A DNA stretch of 32,000 bases, from the NCBI RefSeq assembly GCF_000172995.2, contig NC_014729.1, forward strand, positions 390,001-422,000, written 5' to 3'. The position numbers were made by a program, and so were the translations under genes. How positions within the stretch are numbered: the stretch's first letter is position 1; the number at the start of each line of letters is the position of its first letter. This DNA is from Halogeometricum borinquense DSM 11551 (GTDB lineage Archaea > Halobacteriota > Halobacteria > Halobacteriales > Haloferacaceae). Below are positions 7,257 through 14,857 of the stretch, piece by piece. The notes under the pieces are model-generated. The model was not told the DNA's origin and searched no databases. It was given only the letters and a program-made list of their open reading frames with translations.

Positions 7257-8510
7257 TCACTCCAGTGGTCCCCATTTTTCTGCCCAGTATTCGCCTTCTT
7301 GCTCATGCTCCCCGGAACTGCTCGCGCGATGTGATTCTGGCTGATAGTGGTCCGGATTTCTGTACTCTGCTAAGAACTCTTCACGGGTAATAATTCCTCT
7401 CAGATAGTACTCGACCAGATACCAGTACTCTCGCCTGGGTTTATGCCCCATACACCATTCATCACGATCCAGCGGTACCTCATCGACGGCACAAAACACA
7501 ACACCATTAGGACCTTTCGCCCTGTTCCACACCTCTTCCCGCTGCCCTGGTTCATACCTTGGACGTTGGTCGTGTCCATAGGGCTTCTCCTCACGCTTTG
7601 TTCGCTTCTTGGCTATCTCTTCCTTCAGTGGGCCAAATTCCCCATTCGGGCGTCGTTTTTGATCCTCGTGATGACGCTGGACATGAACCTCGGAGTGCTC
7701 CATGCGATACACGCCGATTTTCCCACCTTGCATCACGCGCTGGGCGGTTTCTTCGGCTTCCCGTTCCAAGCGCGGGTCCGGGTCAATCTCTAACTCGCCC
7801 TCTTGGGGGAGCATCGACACGGTACCACCTGTTTGCTGTCTCACGTGTGCTAACTCGTGGGCGAGAATATGCTGGCCTTCCGCCGAACTTGGGTGGTACT
7901 CGCCGTGATTGAACGCAACATGATTCCCAACGGTAAACGCGCGGGCGTTGATGTCCTCACAGGCTTTCGCAGCCGATGGACCCGTGTGAATCCGGACGTC
8001 ACCGAGGTTGTCACCCATCCGGTCTTCCATCACGCGCTGAATCGAAGCGTTCAGCGACTGTCCCGGCGAGGAAATCACGTCCCGAACCGAATCCGGGACC
8101 TGTGTGTCGCCAGCTTTCGACGCCTCGTGGTGCGCGCCGCGACTACGCTGGACAGATTTAGCGTTCCGGCGTTCGATGTCCTTTGGGACTTCTGCGGGGC
8201 GTTCTTTCTGACGCTGGCGGAACGCGCGCATGTCGCGTGGCTTGCCTATCGTATCGACGGTCATTCCCTCGTCGGCCCATTCTCGGACTTGACCTGCGCC
8301 GTGTTTCTTGGCCAGTCGCTGAATCTTCGTATCCAGCCCGTCCATGTAGATCTCTACCCCGAAGCGAGATTCACACTCTTGGGGCGTTAGCGAACCACCG
8401 CCACCACGACTCCGATTCCGATTCGAGCCTCCCGTCAACTCTTGAATAGACGGAACGGACGAGGACTCTTTGCTCGGAGTCGTCCGCTCGTTCGCAGACC
8501 GAAATCTCAT
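7257..8510 (-). CDS. full-length DUF4157 (HExxH) protein with a GH-E-like HNH/EndoVII nuclease C-terminus (417 aa); candidate polymorphic toxin
   Basis: ATG start. It has a unique N-terminal region of about 165 aa with no signal peptide. The DUF4157 core is IQRVMEDRMGDNLGDVRIHTG...HILAHELAHVRQQ. The C-terminal motif is WCMGHKPRREYWYLVEYYLRGIITREEFLAEYRNPDHYQPE. Confidence 0.85.
   Translation of the reverse strand: MRFRSANERTTPSKESSSVPSIQELTGGSNRNRSRGGGGSLTPQECESRFGVEIYMDGLDTKIQRLAKKHGAGQVREWADEGMTVDTIGKPRDMRAFRQRQKERPAEVPKDIERRNAKSVQRSRGAHHEASKAGDTQVPDSVRDVISSPGQSLNASIQRVMEDRMGDNLGDVRIHTGPSAAKACEDINARAFTVGNHVAFNHGEYHPSSAEGQHILAHELAHVRQQTGGTVSMLPQEGELEIDPDPRLEREAEETAQRVMQGGKIGVYRMEHSEVHVQRHHEDQKRRPNGEFGPLKEEIAKKRTKREEKPYGHDQRPRYEPGQREEVWNRAKGPNGVVFCAVDEVPLDRDEWCMGHKPRREYWYLVEYYLRGIITREEFLAEYRNPDHYQPESHRASSSGEHEQEGEYWAEKWGPLE
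7701..8040. repeat. 340-nt block homologous to 1237..1576 (copy 2)
   Basis: Same hand alignment as copy 1: 304/340 identical, gap-free, with sharp loss of identity at both borders. Confidence 0.9.
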
Positions 8511-8525
8511 TCTTACTGCAAACTT

Positions 8526-8546
8526 GATAGCTATCCTATATAATTA
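8526..8546 (-). promoter_or_regulatory. candidate promoter of the toxin gene: 10-bp palindrome GATAGCTATC plus a TATA-like element
   Basis: GATAGCTATC is at 8526-8535. The AT-rich run TATATAATTA at 8537-8546 lies 27-36 nt upstream of the ATG at 8510, which fits a leaderless haloarchaeal transcript. Confidence 0.3.
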
Positions 8547-8623
8547 CTCGCGCCTAGACCGCGGCGGTGTGTAGAGACGGCCGTGCCAGCGGTTTCTTGC
8601 GCTTCGAGTTCCAACGATCACGT

Positions 8624-8926
8624 ATGCCCAGTACCGCCCCGTCGTTCGACCCCGAGGAGTTGATGACCTCGTTGGAAGACGAATTCGGCGGACGGGAGGC
8701 CGAACGGCGCGTTGTCGCCCGACAGGCGCGTGATCTCGCGGACTCCGGGAAGGTCGAACGCGACCGCGGGCAACCACTCACCGTCGAAGAAGTGGTACGG
8801 CAGATGCGCGACGCGCCGGACGATTCGACCATCCCTGAACGCTGGAACTGGTGGCTCGGCTCATTGGAAGCCGCGTACGGCGGCTACCGCGAATTCCAAG
8901 TGACGCGCATCCCCAACGGTGACTGA
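8624..8926 (+). CDS. hypothetical protein (100 aa)
   Basis: The ATG at 8624 gives an acidic product: MPSTAPSFDPEELMTSLEDEFGG.... The upstream part of the track ORF is basic and non-halophilic. Confidence 0.6.
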   Translation: MPSTAPSFDPEELMTSLEDEFGGREAERRVVARQARDLADSGKVERDRGQPLTVEEVVRQMRDAPDDSTIPERWNWWLGSLEAAYGGYREFQVTRIPNGD

Positions 8927-8943
8927 CTCGCTCCCGGCCCCCG

Positions 8944-9261
8944 TCACTCGGACGACAAAAGTTCCGCGACGAGTTCTCGTGCCCTCTCTACGTGTTTGTC
9001 GGCCGCGTCGTCGCCCGTCTTTTCGACGTTCGAGAGGAGGTTAGAGACGGTTTCGATGCGCGACTTCACGACCGCCGGTGCGACGTTCGGATCGTCGGCT
9101 ACGTCGCCCGCAACGGCTTCCGCCTCTCCGAGATGTGCGCTCGCGGTTCGTTCGACCGGCCGTTCGGCCGTCGCAGCGAGGTGGTCGTGCAGTTTTCGGA
9201 GTTTCGCCCGCGTCGCTTCGTCCACGCTCGTCATTGCTTCGGAAAGAGGCTCCTGCGTCAT
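8944..9261 (-). CDS. hypothetical protein (105 aa)
   Basis: The internal ATG at 9259-9261 gives an acidic helical protein: MTQEPLSEAMTSVDEATRAKLRKLHDHL.... The long N-terminal extension in the track ORF is basic and overlaps the start of the halocyanin gene. Confidence 0.55.
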   Translation of the reverse strand: MTQEPLSEAMTSVDEATRAKLRKLHDHLAATAERPVERTASAHLGEAEAVAGDVADDPNVAPAVVKSRIETVSNLLSNVEKTGDDAADKHVERARELVAELLSSE

Positions 9262-9410
9262 CAACGCAGTGGGTGCGGCGCGGTGGTACCCACTGAAGGG
9301 GGTAGTCGCGGTCCGCAAACGCTTCCCGAATACCGGCGATTTGTTGTCATAGAGACCTTTTCTGGGCCATATCCTCGGACTCTTAGTGGGTAACCGCAAG
9401 GTGCGTAACG

Positions 9411-10100
9411 ATGACTGATTCACCGCTCACGCGCCGACGGGTACTTCGAGCGACGACTGGGTTGGCTGTCGTCGGACTTGCAGGCTGTACGACAGGGGAA
9501 AACGGCGATTCAACGAACGGAACTGCCACTGGCAGCCACGAGGGAACTGCGACCGAATCGGGACACAGCGAAGGGGGAACTGCGTCCGGACACCACGATA
9601 GCGACGGTCACGAGGACAGCCACAGCCACGAAGACGACGGCCACAGCCACGACGAGACGGTTGGCGAACCGACGGACACTGCCGTCGTGAAAATGCTCTC
9701 GAAGGACGGAGGCTACCACTTTTCGCCGCACGTTGTGCGGGTAACTGTCGGGGGAACCGTGACTTTCCAGAACGAAAGTGGGAGTCACTCCACGACCGCC
9801 TACCACCCTGACAACGGACAGCCACAGCTCGTCCCCGACGGCGCGGCCGCATGGGACAGCGGAATACTCTCAGAACAGGGGGCGACGTTCGAGCACACGT
9901 TCGAGACCGAGGGCGTCTACCACTACTACTGTACGCCTCACGAATCGATGGGAATGATTTCGACTGTCATCGTCGGCGAACCCGATGCACACGGTCAACC
10001 GGCGCTCGAAACGTCACTTGCAGACAAATCCGAGACCGTGCGGACGAAGATAGCGAACCTCAACGAGCAAGTAAACGAAGCACTCGGGAACACGCACTGA
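9411..10100 (+). CDS. halocyanin (type-1 blue copper protein), Tat-lipoprotein precursor
   Basis: Twin-arginine signal TRRRVL followed by the lipobox LAGC. The cupredoxin ligand motif is YHYYCTPHESMGM (C-x2-H-x4-M), with an upstream His in SGSHSTTAYH. Confidence 0.85.
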   Translation: MTDSPLTRRRVLRATTGLAVVGLAGCTTGENGDSTNGTATGSHEGTATESGHSEGGTASGHHDSDGHEDSHSHEDDGHSHDETVGEPTDTAVVKMLSKDGGYHFSPHVVRVTVGGTVTFQNESGSHSTTAYHPDNGQPQLVPDGAAAWDSGILSEQGATFEHTFETEGVYHYYCTPHESMGMISTVIVGEPDAHGQPALETSLADKSETVRTKIANLNEQVNEALGNTH

Positions 10101-10142
10101 CGTTCCGCTTTCCGGAGCGATGATCCCGACAGCCGGGTCATC

Positions 10143-11429
10143 CTAATTCACGGTGACTTTCTCACCCAGCTCTGGTGCCGAGGCGTCGAATCCATCGTCG
10201 TTCAGTTCATCCGCGAACAACTCACAGCGGTCGCCGTGGTTGACGAGAATTGGGGCCTCTCGATACGCTGAAAGCAACTCCAGCAGGCCGTCGCGGTCTG
10301 CGTGGGCGGAGAAATCGTACCACTCGACCTGCGCGCTGACCGGCATCACCCGCTCATCGATCTCCGCTCGCCCGCGCTCCAGTAGGTCGCGGCCGGGAGT
10401 CCCTTCGACTTGATACCCAGTCAGCGTGATCTTGTTCGTCGGGTTCGACCGAATTTCTGGGACGTATGTCATCGCCGGGCCGCCGGAGAGCATCCCGCTG
10501 GTCGTGACGATAACAGTATTCTGTTTGGCGATGCGTCTTCGCTGTCCGTCACGACCGGTGACGAAGCGAGCGTTGGACTTCGCCCGTCGCAGGGCGTCTT
10601 CGTCCCGAACGAACTCGGGATGCCGACGGAGCATCTTCGTCACCTGCTTGCCCATCCCATCGACGTAGCAGTCGATATCGTTGGCCGCACAGACCAGTAG
10701 CATCTCCTGCGTTCGACCGATGGCGAACGCCGGAATGACGACCGTACCACCCTCCCAAACCGCCGTCCGGACGCTCTCGACGAAACGCTTCTCGATTCGC
10801 TGGCGACGCTCGTGTTCGACGTCGGAGTAGGTACTCTCGCAGATGATGACATCTGCATCGGGCCGCGCAGTGGAGGCAGACACAAGCCGTTGATCGTCAG
10901 TGTGGAAATCCGCAGTGTAGAAGAGTCGCGTATCGCCGTCATCGATAAGAACGTGCGCGCTTCCGGGAATATGTCCCGCGTTGTAGAAGGTAACTTCGTG
11001 CCCCGCGGCCTCGAACGTTTCTCGATAGCTGTGCGTCTCCGAGACTTGCGTGACGCGGCGGATCTCCTCCTCGGTAAACGGGCAATCGTAGGTCCCACCG
11101 CGTCGTCTTTGACCCTGTGAGCCTCCGGTCGCTCCGCGTCCGGAGATTCCCCGGAGCTTCAGCGTATCCCGTGCGAGCGTCAGTGCCAGTTCGCGCGTCG
11201 GTGGTGTCCAGTGGATTGGCGGTCGTCGGTCACCGGAGAGTAGCGAGGGGACCGCGCCGACGTGGTCGAGATGTCCGTGACTGACGACGACTGCATCTGG
11301 CTCGGGCGTGTCCACCGGAAACTGTGGCGGGTTTCCGGTCAACATCCCGTAATCGAGGAGTAAGCGGTCGTTCACGAGGATGGCACTCCGGCCGACCTCG
11401 CGCGCACCGCCGAGAAACCGAATATCCAT
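10143..11429 (-). CDS. MBL-fold beta-CASP family ribonuclease (aCPSF2-like)
   Basis: MDIRFLGGAREVGRS start, the HxHxDH motif VSHGHLDHVGAVP, and later GHIPGSA, DFSAHAD and VNHGD motifs typical of beta-CASP enzymes. The ATG is at 11427-11429. Confidence 0.85.
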   Translation of the reverse strand: MDIRFLGGAREVGRSAILVNDRLLLDYGMLTGNPPQFPVDTPEPDAVVVSHGHLDHVGAVPSLLSGDRRPPIHWTPPTRELALTLARDTLKLRGISGRGATGGSQGQRRRGGTYDCPFTEEEIRRVTQVSETHSYRETFEAAGHEVTFYNAGHIPGSAHVLIDDGDTRLFYTADFHTDDQRLVSASTARPDADVIICESTYSDVEHERRQRIEKRFVESVRTAVWEGGTVVIPAFAIGRTQEMLLVCAANDIDCYVDGMGKQVTKMLRRHPEFVRDEDALRRAKSNARFVTGRDGQRRRIAKQNTVIVTTSGMLSGGPAMTYVPEIRSNPTNKITLTGYQVEGTPGRDLLERGRAEIDERVMPVSAQVEWYDFSAHADRDGLLELLSAYREAPILVNHGDRCELFADELNDDGFDASAPELGEKVTVN

Positions 11430-11561
11430 GTTGCTCTTGATAGCGAGGCGCACCGTTTGGATTCGTCGCTTTTAACGTCAGCGCAGTTGTCGTCGGTCGG
11501 GTGTCACACACGACAAAACGAGGGGCGGAGACGACTGCCTGTCAGATACCGTTCGCAGATT

Positions 11562-12752
11562 TCAGTCGTCGGCTGTGCTCGTCGCCTCGAAATCGGAGAT
11601 TTTCTGTTGTTCGTCGTCGATTGCGCTGAGCGGATTGCGTCCGCGGGCGTCGGGTTTGAGCGGTTCGCCGGTGACGAGTTCAGGGAGAACGATTCGGACG
11701 AAGTGGACGGCGATAACGAGAAGAAGCGGGCCTAAGAACAGTCCGTACCAGCCGAACAGCGCGGGGCCGATGATGTAGGCGAACATCACCGTCCCGGTGT
11801 GGAGATTCCGTCCGGAGACGTACGGTCGAAGCAGGAAATCGGGAATCGTATCGACGACGACGAGTGAGACAGCGCCGTAGGCGAGCGCGACCCAGAAGGC
11901 ATCGGGTGCGGTCAGTGCGGCTTCCACTGCGAGCAGCACCGTTACCGGAACATAGACGATTTTCATCCCGACGACGGGAATGAGACTTGCGGCTCCCGTC
12001 AACGCGCCGAGAAGCGTCGGCGACGGGATCCACAACGAGGGTGGGGCAAACAGGTTGATGGCGTTGTAGGAGACGGCGGCGATAACGGCGATAGCGAACG
12101 CGTTCAGGATATTGCCGAAGTAGATGGTCCGAAGGTCGCGGTCAACTGCGGTCATGTAGGCGTCCATAACTCCGCCGTGTCCCGAGAGGTTCTCGCGCGT
12201 CCACGCGGAGAGTCGTCTATCGTCACGCAGAAGGTAGAACGCGAAGGCGAAGGCGATGAACAACTGAAACGCCGCATCAAGGATGAACGACGCCGTTCCC
12301 GCGATGGACGAGAGAACTGCTTCGACCGTTGCGGTGTCCGTCATGTCAACTAACTCGCTCGGATTTTCGAGGAGCGTTGCCAGCAGTTCGCTGGGTGCCT
12401 GTAACGATTCGAACGAACCGAGATACGGTTTCAGCGCCGCCAGTATCCCCTGTTGGTTCTGTCCGACGAACGCACTCAGTTCTTGAACCGCGATGAGCAC
12501 GGTGTAGTTGACGAGGAGAACCACAGGAAGCGAAAGGACGAGCAGCGCCACGGCCGCCCCGATGCTCGGTTGTCCGATTCGCCCGCGAATCCGTGAGTAC
12601 ACCGGACGTGTCGCATAGTATAGAAACAGCCCTAGCATGAACGTGCCGAGGAACGCGTCGGCAACGAACGCTAAGACGACAAATATCGCTACTCCGAGGA
12701 CCCACCATATCGCCCGTGACCGATCGATAGTTGAGGTGAAACCGAAATGCAT
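11562..12752 (-). CDS. AI-2E family transporter (PerM/UPF0118)
   Basis: Multi-TM protein with the characteristic C-terminal region IPVVG...DTIPDFLLRPYVSGRNLHTGTVMFAYIIGPALFGWYGLFLGPLL. Confidence 0.8.
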   Translation of the reverse strand: MHFGFTSTIDRSRAIWWVLGVAIFVVLAFVADAFLGTFMLGLFLYYATRPVYSRIRGRIGQPSIGAAVALLVLSLPVVLLVNYTVLIAVQELSAFVGQNQQGILAALKPYLGSFESLQAPSELLATLLENPSELVDMTDTATVEAVLSSIAGTASFILDAAFQLFIAFAFAFYLLRDDRRLSAWTRENLSGHGGVMDAYMTAVDRDLRTIYFGNILNAFAIAVIAAVSYNAINLFAPPSLWIPSPTLLGALTGAASLIPVVGMKIVYVPVTVLLAVEAALTAPDAFWVALAYGAVSLVVVDTIPDFLLRPYVSGRNLHTGTVMFAYIIGPALFGWYGLFLGPLLLVIAVHFVRIVLPELVTGEPLKPDARGRNPLSAIDDEQQKISDFEATSTADD

Positions 12753-12825
12753 CGTCGTGGATTGGTTCGACGGGGACTAAACTCCTCGCCTCACTGTCAC
12801 CAGAGCGGTCGGTTCGTCCTGTCAG

Positions 12826-13620
12826 TCACTCGTCGATGGTGTAGTCGCCCCTAAAGCGTCTATCGTGGAGGGCCGGGAACTCGGCGCGCACCTCCTCGAC
12901 GGTTTCGCGGTCGATTTCGGCCGTGACGGTACGGTCGCCGTTCCCGGCGTTCGCGCGCTGGATACCCCACGGGTCCACAACGACGCTTTGCCCGCCTAAC
13001 TCGACACCGCGGTTCGTTCCGGTGAGGTTTGCAGCGACGAGGAATAACTGATTCTCGACGGCACGCGTGCGCGTGAGGAGGTGCCAGTGGTCCGACCGAG
13101 CGGCCGGCCACGCCGACGTAACTAACAGGAGTTCGACGCCGCGTTCGACAAGTTGGCGGTACAGTTCGGGAAATCTGAGGTCGTAACAGGTTGTGAGTCC
13201 GACGGTACCGAGGTCGGTCTCGACGGCGCACACTTCTTCGCCCGGCGTCAGAACCGTGCTCTCCTCGGACTCGTACCCGAATAGGTGGATCTTCCGATAG
13301 GAGGCGATTCGCTCGCCTGCGGGGTCGAACAGCAGACTCGTGTTGTACAGGTCGTCGCCGTCGCGCTCGACGATGCTCCCTCCATGAAGGTGAATATCGA
13401 GTTCGTCGGCCAACTCGGCTAGCCGAGTTGCCGTCGGACCGTCGAGCGGTTCGGCAGCGTCGTCGTACGCGTCGAAGGCGAAATAGCCCACGTTCCACAT
13501 CTCGGGCAGGACAACTAACTCCGCTCCCCGCTTGGCGGCGTCGCGGACGCGCGAGACGGCGCGTTCGACGTTCGCTTCGACCGACTCCTCGGCCGTCAGT
13601 TGGACGGCAGCCACGTTCAT
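12826..13620 (-). CDS. carbon-nitrogen hydrolase (nitrilase superfamily)
   Basis: The E-K-C triad contexts are VVLPEMW, YRKIHLF and LTTCYDLRFPE. The track start at 13635 is GTG. The ATG at 13618-13620 gives MNVAAVQL, the usual family N-terminus. Confidence 0.85.
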   Translation of the reverse strand: MNVAAVQLTAEESVEANVERAVSRVRDAAKRGAELVVLPEMWNVGYFAFDAYDDAAEPLDGPTATRLAELADELDIHLHGGSIVERDGDDLYNTSLLFDPAGERIASYRKIHLFGYESEESTVLTPGEEVCAVETDLGTVGLTTCYDLRFPELYRQLVERGVELLLVTSAWPAARSDHWHLLTRTRAVENQLFLVAANLTGTNRGVELGGQSVVVDPWGIQRANAGNGDRTVTAEIDRETVEEVRAEFPALHDRRFRGDYTIDE

Positions 13621-13692
13621 ATCCGGATGTTCCACCCGCGTCGCTTAGGAGTTGCCGTCAGCATGTCGATGTCGTAACTGATTTACCAGTCG

Positions 13693-13708
13693 TTTAGGTA
13701 TACCTAAA
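13693..13708. promoter_or_regulatory. perfect 16-bp palindrome TTTAGGTATACCTAAA, candidate operator/promoter element of the ABC importer operon
   Basis: The sequence is exactly self-complementary and ends 6 nt before the permease ATG (13715). Its half-sites TTAGGT/ACCTAA equal the outer half-sites of the DtxR/IdeR iron box, but with a shorter spacer. Confidence 0.4.
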
Positions 13709-13714
13709 GCAAAG

Positions 13715-14857
13715 ATGTCTGGAGACACGCGAACAAATCGGGTACTGAGCAGCCGTGGAGTGCTCGCGTGGGTGGACGCGAAGCTCCTGTCGGTCTGCCT
13801 CACGAGTGTGGCGATGGTCGTTCTCGCCGGTCTCGTGCAGGTGAGCTTCGGGACGTACTCGATGACAATCGAACAGGCGTGGCGTGCAGTTCTCGACCCC
13901 ACCGTGATTTTCGACTCACGGTGGTTGCTTAACTTCCTCGTCGGTGAGGAACTGATGCGCTTTATCACGGGATTTCAGGGTGAACTGCCGGAACTGGCAA
14001 ACGAGACGCTCATCGTCTGGAGTATCCGACTGCCGCGTGTCTTCGTTGGCATCCTTGTTGGCGCAAATCTCGCAATTTCGGGGGCGATCTTTCAGGCGGT
14101 CACCCGGAACGAACTCGCAAGCCCGTACATCCTCGGTGTCAGTTCCGGTGCCGGTCTCGCTATCCTCCTGACTCTCGTTGTCTTCAGCGGCCTCGCACCG
14201 TTTCTCCCACTCATCGCGGCGGCCGGCGGTGCCATCGCATTCTTCCTCGTATACATCATCGCGTGGCAGAACGGGACCTCGCCCGTCCGTTTGGTCCTCG
14301 CTGGCGTCATCGTCTCAACCGTCTTCCAGTCGCTTCAGACGGGCATTTTCTTCTTCGCTGACGACCTGGCGGTCGTTCAGAGCGCTATCGCGTGGACGAC
14401 GGGCTCTTTGACCGGTGTCGATTGGGAACAGGTCCGACTCGCCCTTCCCTCGACAACGCTCGCCGTCATTCTTGCCGCCCTTGGCGCACGACAGTTGAAC
14501 GTCCTCTTGCTTGGCGAACAGACGGCGCGTTCGCTCGGGATGTCTGTCGAGCGGACTCGATTCTTACTCTCCGGCGTCGCCATCCTCGCGGCGAGTGCCG
14601 CAATTGCCGCCGCCGGTATCGTCGGCTTCGTCGGTCTCATCGTTCCGCACGTCGTCCGCAACCTCGTCGGGAGCGACTACAAGCGCCTGATGGTCGGGTG
14701 TTTGTTCGTCGGCCCCGCGCTGATGGTTATCGCGGACGTAGGCGCGCGATTGGCGATGGCTCCCGTGCAGGTGCCGGTCGGCATCGTCACGGGACTCATC
14801 GGCGGACCGTACTTCCTCTACCTCATGCGGAAACAACAAGACTTGGGTGATGTCTAA
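13715..14857 (+). CDS. FecCD/BtuC-family ABC transporter permease (iron-siderophore / cobalamin type)
   Basis: Protein with about 9-10 TM segments and typical FecCD motifs: RLPRVFVGILVGANLAISGAIFQAVTRNELASPYILGVSSGAGL and GIVGFVGLIVPHVVR. Confidence 0.9.
   Translation: MSGDTRTNRVLSSRGVLAWVDAKLLSVCLTSVAMVVLAGLVQVSFGTYSMTIEQAWRAVLDPTVIFDSRWLLNFLVGEELMRFITGFQGELPELANETLIVWSIRLPRVFVGILVGANLAISGAIFQAVTRNELASPYILGVSSGAGLAILLTLVVFSGLAPFLPLIAAAGGAIAFFLVYIIAWQNGTSPVRLVLAGVIVSTVFQSLQTGIFFFADDLAVVQSAIAWTTGSLTGVDWEQVRLALPSTTLAVILAALGARQLNVLLLGEQTARSLGMSVERTRFLLSGVAILAASAAIAAAGIVGFVGLIVPHVVRNLVGSDYKRLMVGCLFVGPALMVIADVGARLAMAPVQVPVGIVTGLIGGPYFLYLMRKQQDLGDV

Noticed and set aside
1-8560. Calling the AT-richer block a prophage, integrative element or transposon
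   Set aside because: No integrase, transposase, capsid or terminase gene, tRNA target or terminal repeats are visible in the window. Only the compositional step and the conflict-gene content are supported, so I did not annotate a mobile element.
12860-13498. 212-aa Arg-rich ORF on the same strand as the nitrilase-family gene but in another frame
   Set aside because: The extreme Arg/Pro content is typical of an off-frame reading of a GC-rich gene. The E-K-C triad frame is the real one.
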